A stretch of DNA of 64,000 nt from Cetorhinus maximus (lineage: Eukaryota): positions 20,646,001 to 20,710,000 of the forward strand of contig NC_135901.1 of assembly GCF_964194155.1 (NCBI RefSeq), read 5' to 3'. How positions within the stretch are numbered: position 1 is the first letter of the stretch; each line of letters begins with the position of its first letter. The translations under genes were made by a program, and so were the position numbers. The notes beneath the pieces were generated by a model. The model made no database searches, had not been told where the DNA came from, and was given only the letters and a program-made list of their open reading frames with translations. This document shows, one piece after another, positions 27,401-40,650 of this stretch.

Positions 27401-28999
27401 CCAGCCCAGACTAAGATTTCAGAACGTTCTGACAATAGGTTCCACATTCTCAATCATCTCCAGATAGGGAAAAGTAGATGCTGTAAATCTGAACTATGAA
27501 CAAAACTTGCTGGATTTCTCAGCAGGTTTGGTAGTGTCGATGGGGAGAGAAACGGTTTAAGTTTCAGGTCTGTAACTTAACATCTGAACTGTACCTCGTC
27601 AGTGCACAGGCCTGAAACATTAAATCTGCTTCTCAATCCATAGATGTTGTTAGATATGCTGAGTATTTCCAGCATCTTTTTGCTTTTATCTCCAGTTAAA
27701 GAAGTTGCTTCTGAATTGCACATTAGATTTATTGGTGACTAGCTTATATTTATTCTTGCCTATCTGCAAGTGGAAACATCTTCCAATTATCTACACTATC
27801 AAAGCCTTTCATGATCTTAAAGGCTTCGATCAAGTTATCCCTCACTCTGTTTTCTAGAGATAACTTTTGAAATCTATTCAAACTTTGCTGATAGATTTGA
27901 CTTTCTGCTTCGGGCATCATTCCACGAAATCTTTTTTTGTCCCTCTCCAGTGCTTCTAGATCCATCTTTTAATTTGGAAATGGAGCTAATCTGAGTAACA
28001 AACTCACCATTGCCCCCAAATGTTGGAAGGACCAATATTGCAGTGGAAGAGAAGACAATGGTTTCGAGCTGTTATTCAACATCTCCATTTCTGCCATTTT
28101 TCCATTAGCAGATAATAAGATGAGATGAAATTAGCAGATCTAGTGAAAAGATTTGGAAAGTTGGTGTTACTTTTATTTGTGACTCACTCATTTGGGTATT
28201 CTCTAAATGTGGCTTGGAGGTTGAGTGACTGGGATATAATCTCCCTGCGTTTTCCTGAGCCTGTGCTTGGTGTATTGGGAAGTTTGGCTGGGTTGTCGTA
28301 TTTTGCTTCCCTGGGTTGGGCAGGAACCCGCTAATTGAATTTGCAGTTCCCACTTTCTGCTGGCAATGGGTGATTGGAGAGTGTGGTACTGGAATATTGC
28401 TGCTTTTCTTGTCTCACTCACAATGGAGCTGCGGAAGAGTGAATCATTGCCATGTTTGTTTGAATCCGATAACTTCACAAATTTCGAATGGGTTAGATGT
28501 GGGGACACGGCAGGCCTAATTATAATAAATAATTATAATAAATTAGAATAAATGGACATTGAAGAAAATTATGTGCAGGAACTTACTTGATAACAGCAGA
28601 GTTGGAAACATTGGGAGATATTTTCTTGCAGCCTAAGTACCCATTGGCAATCTGGAACTGTGTTACAATGGATGCTGATGGGGAGAAAACAGGGAAGGTT
28701 TCACCCGGGATGATTTAGAACTACCAAACTTTCAGTTAGCAGCTAAACGTGCTGGCCAATCGCGCCGGAGAGACTAATGCAAAGTTACAATGCAAATGCC
28801 CTTAACCAGGATGTCAGTGAGTTAAAACTTCAGCTTGCCACTGCTGAAGTAATAATTGTTCTCGATCAGTTTTACTCTTCCAGATATTGATGTGCATTAA
28901 CGACAATCCTTTCAATGCCTCAGATAAGTTAATTTTACTGACAATATCAGAGTCAATGCTTCAGTGTCTTAAAGAAGGGAAAGGTGTCTTGACTGTCTC

Positions 29000-31900
29000 T
29001 GGTCAGTCGGACAGTTCACCCTTCATTCTCCTCTGATTCCGGTTCCCAAAAAGTTTCTAAAGATTCACAAAGCAGGAGACTGGGTTTTCTGCTTTGGTTC
29101 CTTCTCCATTTTCCCACCAGCCCTCTAATAGCATTTTCCAAAACCTTGTTGCATCCCTCCAACTTGCATCATACGCAGGGATAAGGAAATTCAGTTTTGT
29201 GGAGAGATTATAGAGAACGGGACTTTTCTCCTTAGAGCAAAGAAGATTAAACGGAGATTTCATGGAGCTGTTGAAAATTTGGAATGGGTGGGGGTGGGCG
29301 GCTTGTTTGAGCAGAGAGGGAAAAACTGCTTCCACTGACGAGGGTCAGTAACCAGAGGACTGGGATTTAAAATAATTAAAGAAAACCAGATTTGCATTTA
29401 TATAGCACTTTTCCCGACCATCACGCGCCTCAAAACGCTTTCCAGCCAATGAAGGACTTTTAGAAGTGTCGTTAACGTTGTGATGTAAGAAACACAGCAG
29501 CCAATCACCGCTCAGCAAACTCCCGCAAATAACAACGTCAAATTTGAGCAGATAATCTGTTTTGTAATGTTGATTTTAGCATTTACAAGATACCCGAAGG
29601 AGTGAAACTTCAACGCATCAATTTCAAATCTGTTCCCTGTGCTCAATTTCAAATGAGTACCGTATCATTTGCATTACCTAGTGACTGGCATTCTTTTATC
29701 TATCAGTCATGTTTGCAATAAGGTATTTTATACTTCAGTGTCTCAATTCACATGAAGGCATCGATATCAAATCAAAAGATTAATAATAAACATTGCTTTC
29801 ACCGAGGTCTTAAAATGAGTGCGGCAAAATCAGAAGTGCTGAAATTTCATGACTGTGCAGAAATAGATGTTCATAATTTCGCTGTGCTTACATATTAGCA
29901 GTTCGTTCAGTCAACTAGAGAAGTTGCTGGGTATTTCGATACTCATTAACACAGTTACTCACATGTCAAAGATGCCTCATAGTAATATGTGCTCATAAAG
30001 ACAGTCAAAGAGGGATCAAGGACAATTAAAATTGCAAACTCCAAGCATGCTGGTGGATCAGCACTGCCCTGTTTGCTAAATACATATTTACATGTGTAAG
30101 AACCGTCCCAAGCACAAAATTATTTCAAACTAAATGAAATAAACGAACAATTGAAGCACCTGATCTTGGCAGGGCCATGTTAAACTTCTTAACAAACATT
30201 TTCCACTGTAATATCGCACTCTCGATTGAAGGGCTGTGGATAAAAAAATAACAAGATTGTATAAATCAACTCGGATATAAATTGATGTTTGATCAGAAAA
30301 AATTACACTTTTGTAAATTCGATATGAAATCAATTGCATAATTGCACCATGTTCATTTGGTAAAGTATATTAGGAACCCAAGTCCAAATCTTCATGTCAT
30401 TGAGTCAGGGAAACCTTGTGAATTAAGGCAAATTAGGCATGGATTCTACAGAAACTTCTTTTTTATAAGGGAGTTAAACAATTTAATGAAAGGGAGAGAT
30501 AAAGAAACATTTTATAAACGAGAGAAGAAAATTGTGATTAATTAGTTTGCTCGTTTAAAAAGGCGACAGAGATCGGATGATGGATGAGCCTCTTATGCCA
30601 TTGTATGGATGCATGGTGCTGTGCCATTTTATGATTACATTGTTATATCAGTCTCGCTGCAGCGTTCCTGAGAATAGCAGCTGAATTCTGTTTCTCCAAA
30701 ACAGAGACCCAGAGTGCTGCTGCGTTACAGCGCAGTTTAACATTTCAGATAGACTCATTGTAACCAAGCTAGTCACTTGTTTCTGTAGTGTGGTGGTTAT
30801 CACATTCGCCTAATACATGAAAAGTACCCGATTCTAAACCGAGTAGAAGCATTATTAAAACTTACTCATTTAAAAGTGAAGATGATTTGTATCGGCGAAG
30901 GTGACCTCAATCTCATATGTTACAGGCATATTGTATCTGCTCTCACTGACGTTGTAAAATGAATGCAGCAAAATCAGACGTGCTGAAATTTCATGGCACA
31001 CTTGAGTGGAAATAGATGTTCATAGTTTCACTGCGCTCACATGTTAGCAGTTCCTTCAATCAACAGCATAATTTAATGGGTCTTTCGATGCAGAATAACA
31101 TAGTTACTCACCATGTCAAAGATGTCTCATTGTAATATATGCTCATAAAGACAGACAAAGAGGGATCAAATATAATTAAAGCATCATTCTCAAACCTGTT
31201 CCTTGTAAAATTCTTTGATTTTGATGAAATGCTGACTGTTGTGCTAAATCTCAAATCAGACCCACATCAAGTGCATCACCTGGTGACTGGCATTGTTTTG
31301 TTCGCCAGTCACGTTTGTAATTCGATGTTGCTGTATATTTCAGAGAGTCTCAAGTCAAATGAGGGCATCAATATCAAATAAAACATATTAATATTGAATA
31401 TTGAGTAATGGAAAAAACTACAGAGTAAAGTTTGTTGAATTTCGTCTTCTGAGGAGAAGGCTGTTTCTAATGATTGAGCAGTAAGCATTGCTGCCTGAGA
31501 CATTTGCTGGACCGAGCCTTCTGCGTTTTGAAATTCAAAACAACTGAGACACCAACAGCTGACTTCCTGTAACAAGAGTCATGACCCCTCAGTCTAACCA
31601 TTGGAATCCTCCAAACATTCTGGTAGATCAACACTGCCATTTTTCCTAAACAAATATGTATTCTGTAACATTACATTCCCAGAACAAATGTATTTTAAAC
31701 CAAATGAACGAAACAAACTATGTCAGCATATGATCGTAGCAGGGCTCTGTTTAACTGTAACAATGATTTCCCTCTCTGATATAACACCCTCGATTAGCGG
31801 TTTGTGGAGCAAATGTAATTAGATTGTAAAAATCAACTCAGAAACAGTGAGGTGTTTGATCAGAAAAATAAGCACTTTTGTCAATTCGATATGAAATCAA

Positions 31901-32910
31901 CAGAAAAAGTAAATAATGTTCATATGCATAGCTATGTGAGGAACAGAAGTCTAAATATTCATGGCATTGGGTGAGGGGAAAAGTTTTAATTAAGGTAAAC
32001 TAGGCATGGAATCTGCAGAAACTCCTTTTTCATAAGGGAATTGTGCAATTAATTGTTATTCAGAATAATAACAGGTTTACCAAAAGAGGGAAGGAAACTG
32101 AGATTAATTCGTTTGCTCTTTTAAAAAGCTGACAGAGAAAGGATTATGGAAGGGCCCTTTATACCATTGAATAGATACATGGTGCTTTGCCATTTTATGA
32201 TTACATTGTTATATGAGTCTGTCTGCGGCATTCCTGATAATACCAGCTGAATTCCATTTCACCGAAACAGAGACCTAGAGTGCTGCTGCATGACAGCATG
32301 GCTTAACATTCCGGATAGGCCCTGGTCAGTCGGACAATTCACCCTTGATTCTCCCCTGATTCCATTTCCCCAAGAGTTTGTAAATACTCAAAGAACTGGA
32401 GACTGGGTTTCCTGTTTTGGTTCCTCCTCCATTTTTCCACCTGCCAACTAACAACATTTTCCAAAATCTCGTCACAATGTTCCGCCTTGCGCCATGTTCA
32501 GGGGTAAACACATTCCGTTTTGTGGAGAGAGTATAAAGGCCGGGATCGTTTTCTTTAAAGCAAAGCAAATTAAACTGAGTTTTCATGGTGCTGTTTAAAA
32601 TTAATGGGCTGAGGAAGGGATCGGCGGCGGGCGGTTTGATAGAGCAGGTAGGGAGAAACTGTTTCCACTCTCGAGGGTCAGTCACCAGAGGACTGGGGTT
32701 TATGATAATTAAATAAAGACAGGCTTGCATTTATATAGCACCTTTCCCGACGCGCGGACTCCTCAAATCGCTTTCGAGTCAATGAAGGACATTGTGAAGT
32801 GTCGTCATTGTTGTAATGTCGGAAACACGGCAGCCAATCACCGCTCAGCAAACTCCCACAAACAGCAACGTCATAATGAGCGGAGAATGTGTCTTTGTGA
32901 CGTTGATTGA
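29000..32910. repeat. Diverged, shuffled local segmental duplications
   Basis: 29000-29580 ~ 32323-32910; 29810-30030 ~ 30955-31180; 29680-29790 ~ 31283-31400; 30100-30760 ~ 31680-32320. Confidence 0.75.
30779..30851 (+). pseudogene. tRNA-Val(AAC)-derived pseudogene (anticodon now AAT)
   Basis: gtttctgtagtgtggtggttatcacattcgcctaatac... aligns to vertebrate tRNA-Val; T-loop mutated (ttctaaa). Confidence 0.8.
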
Positions 32911-33465
32911 GGGATAAACATTGACCAGGAAGCGGGGAGAACTCCCCTGCCCTTCTTTCAGATAGGCTCATGGCATCTTTTACATTAGGCGCCTAAATCC
33001 CGTTCATGTCTCTTCTTTCCCTGCTGAATAAGAAAGGAGGGATTTCACCATACCTGCACTGAGCCTCCGTTTCCTCGGACATTTTATCGCACCCTGGCAG
33101 GTTTTCCTCTTCCTCTGCTGAAGACCGATACAAAGTGATGATGTAGCGTGTCTGCTATTTCCTCTGTTTCAATTACAGTATCGCTTTCGGCTGTCTTTAG
33201 GAGCACACATTACTGTTATTCATCTTTGAGACGACGAGTAAGGATGTTAACCTGCAGCAACAAACAGATTCATTTATTTTGCCATCTGAACGAACTGTTA
33301 AAATGTCTGTCGAGTGACAGTGGAAAGTGTTTTACAACCTTTACTGCACCGGGTGCAATAAAATGTCACTTATGTTTTATTTGTGGGATGTTCTTTGGTA
33401 TTTCGAGAAGGCCAATTGTCACGTGGCCGTAAACGCAAGTGCCCTTAAGCGAGCGGATTTTGGTA

Positions 33466-33544
33466 ACATTTTCCCGGGTTTCGAACCGGGAGACTATTTG
33501 CGTGTTAGGGCCACGACGCTAGAGAAACACTGCACTGCCGAATC
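33466..33544 (-). pseudogene. Degenerate tRNA-Val(AAC)
   Basis: cgggtttcgaaccggg...gcgtgttagg is the antisense T-arm and anticodon arm; 5' half decayed. Confidence 0.6.
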
Positions 33545-34657
33545 CTCAATGGGCTTGGCTGAAACGGTAACCTGTGCGGCCATGCAGCAGCACTTTGGGT
33601 TTTTGTTTTGAAGAAATAGAATTCAGCTGCTATCATTAGGAATGCTGGAGACAGACTGATTTAACAATGTCGCCATAAGATGGTACAGCACATGAGGAGA
33701 CAATTCGGCCCATCGTGTCTATAGCAGCTTTTTGCAAAGAGCATTCCAATCAGTCTCAATGACTCTTCTTCATACGGACTCGAAACGTTAACTCTGTTTC
33801 TTTCTCCACAGCTGCTGACAGATCGGCTGAGTTTTTCCAGCATTTTCTGTTTTTGTTTCAGATTTGCAGCATCCGCAGTATTTTGATTTATTTTGATCCT
33901 GGAGTCTCTTTCCCCCGGGATCTACAAAACCCGTCACTTCTCTTCTTTCATTCTCACGCTTCCATTTCCAGTTTGCGCCGGTTCCCCCTTCGGGCTCTTC
34001 AACAAATCCATTTGGACGGACAAGTGGCATCTGAAATTTAAGGAAGTGTGAAGTGATTCATTTTGGTCGGAGAGGAGAGGCAACAGGAAATAAAGCGTAC
34101 AGAATTATGTTGCACACCGAGTGGTTAGGATCCGGAATGTATCAATGCGTTTCAGTTCCACAAGCAGGTGAACGAATTTTTACCATCGCATTCACTTCAC
34201 GCTTTACAACTACATTCATTTTAGTTTTGTAGCTTCATATTAAAATGGTTCAGAGAGAAAAAGCAGATTGGAAAGATTCCTTTTGTATCGTTTTGAACTG
34301 GAAATGTCTGAGATGGAGAATACGAGTTAAAAATGTGACGTGAAAGTGAAGAATTTGCTTTTAGTGATTAATCTGCCGTGCGTTGCATTGTCAGTTTCAC
34401 AGGAGCCGCAGTGATTAGGTTGGTGGGTTTTGGAAATTGAATTTTGCAATTCACAGCTTTGGTACTATTTCACCACACTGTCGATTTCATGTTCCGGCCA
34501 ATAGCTACGTTGGTTTTCATTGGCTGAAGAAATAATTTGTGTTCTATCTCAACATGACATTTTGTCGGAGAAACTTCGCCCTCGTGAAAATGGTCCAGAA
34601 TGAAGAAAATGGCAAAAGCCGAGTGGATATCCCAAGATGCAAGCGCACCAAGCAGCT

Positions 34658-34729
34658 TCCTTGGTAGTCCAGTGGTTAGGATTCGGCGATCTCACCGCTG
34701 CAGCCTGTGTTTGCATCCCGGTCAGAAGC
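34658..34729 (+). pseudogene. tRNA-Glu(CTC) pseudogene
   Basis: tccttggtagtccagtggttaggattcggcgatctcaccgc...cccggtcag; B-box/T-arm damaged. Confidence 0.8.
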
Positions 34730-35432
34730 TAGCCGCTTAATCCTCTTGTTAAAACGACTTAATTAAATTCCTGATTGAAAACAGAAAATATATTACAAGC
34801 TCTGCCCGAATCAGTGGAGTTGGAACTGAAGCTCCGCATCAGGATTGAAAATGTCACATGTGCAACATGTCAAGAACAATTGTAGATGTTGGGCTGGAAG
34901 GTAAGAGAATAAAAGAGAAAGGCTGTGATCGGTTGCAAAGCACTGGCTACAACGATGTTGGTACAAGACAGAATATGGATGGGAATGGGGCTGCTTTTAA
35001 TGGAGCACTGTGTATAGTTCTGAGAATTCTGAGTATTGATCTTGGAAACAGGGCAGCGCTGATCCACCAGGATGTGAGTTTTGGAATGTGAGTGGACATT
35101 CTACCCTCTGTAAACTTGAAGTCATTCAAAATTCTGCTGCCCGTGTCTGAACTCGCAGCAAGTCCCATTCCCCTATCACCCCTGTGCTTTCTGACCTACA
35201 TTGGCTCCTGGTCAAGTACTATCTTTCGTTTAAAATTTTCCTGCTTGTTTTCAAATCCCTCCATTTCCTTGTCCCTCTCTTTCTCTTTAGTCTCCCAGAA
35301 CCCCAAAACCTTCTGAGATGTCCACACTCCTTGAGATGTGGTAGATGAACGGAAATAGGAAAACACAGGAGAGTTTATTTTCTACAATTTACCAGTAATT
35401 TATTCTGGTTGAAATCGGGAATAATGAGAAAA

Positions 35433-35514
35433 CGTAGTCGGCAAGATTCGAAACTACGTGGGAAAACCCCAATGGATTTCGAATCCATCGCCTTAACCAC
35501 TCAGCCACGACTAC
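35433..35514 (-). tRNA. tRNA-Ser(CGA)-like, 82 nt, best preserved copy but T-stem mismatches (possibly pseudo)
   Basis: Revcomp gtagtcgtggctgagtggttaaggcgatggattCGAaatccattgggg...ttcgaatcttgccgactacg. Confidence 0.75.
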
Positions 35515-35769
35515 GAGCATGCTTGCGTCATCATATAAAATGATAGGTGGCTACAGCAGAGCAGGAAGACATTCGCCCGGGCATGTTCGTGCCAGCTCTC
35601 TGGAAGAGCCAATCAGCTGGTTCCACACAGGCTCCTTTTCCCCCCCACAGAAATTCATATTTGTATTGTCTCTCCTTGTTCTTCCCATCAAAATAAAACA
35701 CGGAACACTTCACTTCAACTGAAGCTTCCCCGTATGAAGTTTTAATGACACGGCGCGAATACTAGCCCA

Positions 35770-35852
35770 TTGGAAATGTGGGATTCGAGTCCACGCCCAC
35801 AACGAAAGGGTAGTTTATAACACACCATTTTAGACCGCTCGGCCACGTTAAC
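35770..35852 (-). pseudogene. Degenerate tRNA-Leu
   Basis: Revcomp cgtggccgagcggtctaa...ggcgtggactcgaatcccac; anticodon arm decayed. Confidence 0.65.
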
Positions 35853-37427
35853 ATAATGGGCGCCCTTTACCTTACCTGGTATTTCCATTGAAATATAGAC
35901 AGAAGGAAAAGAGCAGGAAGCAGCCTTCAGGCGCCTCGAACCTGCTCCACCACTTGCTTAGATCATGGTGGATCCCCAGCCTCGACACCAATTTTCTACC
36001 CCATCGCGCTAACCCTTTATTTCTGCAGCATCGAAAAATCTATCCATCTTAACCTTCAATGTACTCACCGACTGACGATCTGCAGATGTCTGGGATACAG
36101 TACTCCAAAGATTCACAACCCTTTGAATGAAGAAATGTCTCCTCATCTCAGTCCTAAATGGCTGACACATTATCCGCAGAAGGTGAGCCCAGTTCTCGGC
36201 GCTCCAGCCAGGGGGAAAACAGCCTCTCACCATGAACACTCTCAAACTGTCTCAGAATTTTACACTTTGCAAAGAGGTAAAGGAGACCGAGACAGAGAGA
36301 CTGTGAGGGCGAAAGCAGATATACGGAGACAAAGAGAGACAGATAGAGACAGAGAGTTAGCTCGACACTGCAAGGAACAGATACACTTCACCATTGATAG
36401 CTTAGATTGAAAGACGGAAAAGAAGCAGAGAATAAAAGACTTACGTTTAAACAGAGCCTTTCACGAACTCAGGGCAACAGAAAGTGCTGTACAGCCGATG
36501 GAATGCTTTTGAAGTGTAGTCAGTATTGTAATTTAATGACAGAGACAGTTCGACAAAAATGCTGATCCAGCAAATGACAAAATGTGATCTTAAGAACTAC
36601 ACCTCAATGTAAACATTTCTTTCTATGTTTCTAAACTTTTCATTATTTGTTTGATCAGATTCAGCAGGTAGAATCCTTGACAAAACAGGGACAAAGCATT
36701 CCATTTCCATAAGGCCAGCGTTCAGCCTTCCCTTTTCTAGAGTAAAGAGCTTCAGACTGTTCAGCCTTTCCAGGTGATTATAACATTTGGGATTGAACTT
36801 TCATTTTCCTGTTCCTTCTGAGGTATGACCGCAGTAGAAACAGTTCCTATGGTCTGAGGGATTTCAGTTCGGACTATTTGTATTTACAAATTCATTCTCT
36901 CGGTGTGTCCATTGCCTTAACTCCTCGACCACAAGGACTCGGTTTCTGTCTGTTTTAATGTTGCTCAGTGTAAATGTCAACCATCCCCCACTTTGTAACA
37001 TACGGGCACTTAGGCGCTGAGCAGTCTCCATTCAAAAACAAATAGAGCCGGAATTCCCCTCTTGCATGTTTTAAAGCTGCTCTTTTTTGTTTGTACGATT
37101 TTAATATGAAGCTACTCAACTAATATAAATAAAGTTTTGATTGGTAAAAGTGGGGAACTGAAGCGCATTGACACACACACAGGAACACACACATACATAT
37201 AAGACCGAGAATGGCAGATACCCAAGGATAGGCAAACACTCAGAAAACAAAGATATCACAAATTGGCTAAGTTTTGTTTTCACAAATCCGACAGCAAATT
37301 CCTTAAATGCTTGTAGATGAATGGCAATAGGAAAAAACCAAAGTGTTTGGCTGTGTTTTTTATTCCATTGAACAGATAATCAATCCTGTATCTGTGGACA
37401 CCTGGTTAAAATCAGGAATGAGGAGAA

Positions 37428-37496
37428 GTGTAGTTGGCAGGATGGGACCCTGGGTGGGGACAATCCATCACCTTAATTACTCCGCTTTCACCTGCA
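37428..37496 (-). pseudogene. tRNA-Ser remnant with internal deletion
   Basis: tgtagttggcaggat...aatccatcaccttaa matches 35433-35514; flanks also homologous. Confidence 0.55.
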
Positions 37497-37760
37497 GAAA
37501 TAGGGGTCATATAAAATCACAGATTGATTACAGAAGAGGAGGAGATCATTCGGCCCGTCATGTTCCTGTTGGTTATTTGGAAGAGCAACTCAACTCGCCT
37601 CACAATGCCGGCCTTTTCCCAGCCGTCCTGTAATTTATATTCACATTTTCTCTCCTCGGGATTCCGACCAATCGGAAACACAGCTCACTTTCCTGCTATA
37701 AATTTTAGCAGCCTCCAATCCGCCGGAAGCGATTTGCACGAAGTCCCCAACATGATCGTC

Positions 37761-37842
37761 TGGCAGTGGTGGGATTCGAAAACACTTCCCGTTAGAGACT
37801 GGAATTTAAGTCCAGCGACTTAGACCGCTCGGCTACACTACC
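37761..37842 (-). pseudogene. tRNA-Leu-like (AAG/TAG-type body, anticodon reads TAA), probably pseudo
   Basis: Revcomp ggtagtgtagccgagcggtctaagtcgctggactTAAattccagtctc...ttcgaatcccaccactgcca; T-stem mismatches. Confidence 0.75.
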
Positions 37843-38032
37843 ACGGTCCATGCAGCTAGTCATCGTCGTGACCGGTATCGGCACTGAATGAGAACATAAG
37901 CAATCAGACCAGGAGTCTGCCAAAAGGCCCCTCGAGCCTGCTCAGCTACTTCATAAGATCACGGAGGATCCTGGGCCTCAACACCAATTTCTCAGCCGAT
38001 CCCTATAGCCCTTGATTCCTTTGCTGTACCTC

Positions 38033-38106
38033 GTCTTTGTGGCATAAGTGGTGAGTGCGTTCCGACATTAACAGAAAAGTTGGTGGTTTGACATCATCCT
38101 GCAATG
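38033..38106 (+). pseudogene. tRNA-Asn(GTT)-derived pseudogene
   Basis: gtctttgtggc...gcgttc...ttaacagaaaagttggtggttt aligns to vertebrate tRNA-Asn. Confidence 0.65.
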
Positions 38107-38539
38107 ACATAAGTCTCTTCCTCACCCTCCTCCCTTCCTACTTCCATTGCCGTCACAGTTCCGGATTGTGCGCTTTGATCTGATGAAAATATTCCCCAAA
38201 CTTTGTCAGCCATCTGTTGTCCAGTATGTTCTCACACAAACAGGCGTTTAAATAGTAATTTCAAACACAATGAGAATAAAAATAGTTCAACTGCGTACAT
38301 ACATCCAATTCATGAGAAATATAGGATTCAACGCTGCGAATAGAAATTCATTCTCTGAATATATTAAGAGAACTGGAGCACACCATTGCACTGTGTGAAG
38401 TTCCATTTAATTTGTGGAAGTTACACAACTGGTATCAAGATAACTGGTATTAAAATAATCTCAGAATCAATATAAGGAAACGGTACAAAAAGGGAAACAG
38501 TTACAATAATAATGCAATCAACACAATAAAAACATATTA

Positions 38540-40650
38540 ATCATAGGTAAATGAGCTTGTGGCGCAGATTGAAATTGGCAGGTATGATGTGGTGGGCATC
38601 ACGGAGACATGGCTGCAAGGGGGATTAGGACTGGGAGCTAAATATCCAAGGATATACATGCTATCGAAAAGATAGGCAGGTTGGCAGAGGGGGTGGGGTT
38701 GCTTTGTTAGTAAGAAATGAAATTAAATCGATAGCAAGAAATGACGTAGGGTCAGATGATCTAGAATCTGTGTGGGTAGAGTTGAGGAACTGCAAAGGTA
38801 AAAAACCCATAATGGGAGTTATGTACAGGCCTCCGAATAGTAGTCAGGATGTGTGGCACAAGATACACCAGGAGATAGAAGAGGCGTGTAAGAAAGGCAA
38901 GGTTACAGTGATCATGGGGGATTTCAATATGTAGGTAGACTGGGAAAATCAAGTTGGTAGTGGACCCCAAGAAAAGGAATTTGTGGAATGTCTACGAGAT
39001 GGCTTCTTGGAGTAGCTTGTGGTGGAGCCCACTAGGGAACAGGCAATTCTAGATTTAGTGATGTGTAATGAGGTAGGTTTGATAAGGGAGCTTAAGGTGA
39101 AGGAACCCTTAGGAGGAAGTGACCATAAAATGATAGAATGTACCCTGCAATTTGAGAGGAAAAAGCTGGAATCAGATGTAATGGTATTACAGTTGAATAA
39201 AGGCAACTACAGAGGCACGAGGGATGAGCTGGCCAGAATTGACTGGGAGATGAGCCTAGCAGGAAAGACAGTAGAGGAGCAATGGCAGGAGTTTCATGGA
39301 GTAATTTGGGAGACACAGCAAAAATTCATCCCTAGGAAGAAGAAACATACTAAAGGGAGGGCGAGGCAACTATGGCTGACAAGGGAAGTCAGGGAAAGCA
39401 TAAAAGCTAAAGAGAAGCATACAATGCGGCGAAGAGCAGTGGGAAGCCAGGGGATTGGGAAGCCTACAAAGACCAACAGAGGACAACTAAAAAAGAAATA
39501 AGGAGGGAGAAGATTAAATATGAGGGTAAACTAGCCAGTAATATAAAAGAAGATTGCAAGAGGTTTTTTTTAGAAATATAAAGGGTAAGAGAGGGGAAAA
39601 AGTGAACATTGGGCCGCTGGAAAATGACGCTGGAGAAGGAGTAGTGGGGAACAAAGAAATGGCGGAGGAACTGAATAGGTACTTTGCATCAGTCTTCATG
39701 GTGGAAGACACGAGTAACAACCCCAAAGTTTAAGAGAGTCGGGGGGCAGAGGTGAGTATGGTGGCCATTACCAAGAAGGTGCTAGGAAAACTGAAAGGTC
39801 TGAAGGTGGATAAATCACCTGGACCAGATGGATTACACCCCAGAGTTCTGAAGGAGATAGCTGAAGAGATAGTGGAGGCGTTAGTAGTGATCTTTCAGGA
39901 ATCACTGGAGTCAGGGAGGGTCCCAGAGAACTGGAAAATCGCTAATGTAACCCCCCCGGTTTAAGAAGGGAGTGTGGCAAAAGACGGGAAATTACAGGCG
40001 GATTAGCCTGACCTCGGTCGTTGGTAAGATTTTAGAGTCCATTATTAAGGATGAGATTTCAGAATACTTGGAAGTGCATGATAAAAAAGGGCAATGTCAG
40101 CAGGGGAGGTCATGCCTGACAAATCTGTTAGAATTCTTTGAGGAGGTAACGAGTAGGTTAGACAAAGGAGAGCCAATGGATGTTATCTACTTGGACTGCT
40201 CAGTAAGATAAGAGCCCATGGTGTTAGAGGAAAGGTACTAGCATGGATAGAAGATTGGCTGCCTGGCAGGAGGCAGAGAGTGGGGATAAGGGGGTCCTTC
40301 TCAGGATGGCGGCCGCTGACTAGTGGAGTTCCACAAGGGTCAGTGTTGGGACCACAACTTTTCACTTTATACATTAATGATCTAGATGAAGGAACTGAGG
40401 GCATCCTGGCTAAGTTTGCAGATGATATAAAGATAGGTGGAGGGACAGGGAGTATTGAGGAGGCGGGGAGGCTGCAGAAGGATTTGGAAAGGTTAGGAGA
40501 ATGGGCAAAGAAGTGGCAGATGGAATACAACGTGGGGATGTGTGAGGTCATGCACTTTGGTAGGAAGAATAGAGGCATGGACTATTTTCTAAATGGGGAG
40601 AGAATTCAGAAATCTGGAGTGCAAAGGGGCTAGGGCGTCCTGGAACAGGG
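38540..40650 (+). mobile_element. CR1 LINE ORF2 (APE + RT), 3' end replaced by a minisatellite
   Basis: YRPPNS, MGDFN, AILDLV, KSPGPDGLHPRVLKE, PQGSVLGPQLFTLYINDL, KFADD; few stops. Confidence 0.92.

Noticed and set aside
28105-28551. Hydrophobic short ORFs in unique sequence
   Set aside because: No recognisable family, splice structure or consistent frame
34110-34140. gagtggttaggat, tRNA D-arm-like
   Set aside because: Matches the CR1 3' motif (gagtggttaggatctggaatg); no T-arm
36840-36940. Possible tRNA-Ser 5' half on the minus strand
   Set aside because: Only ~30 nt are similar and there is no 3' half; too weak to call
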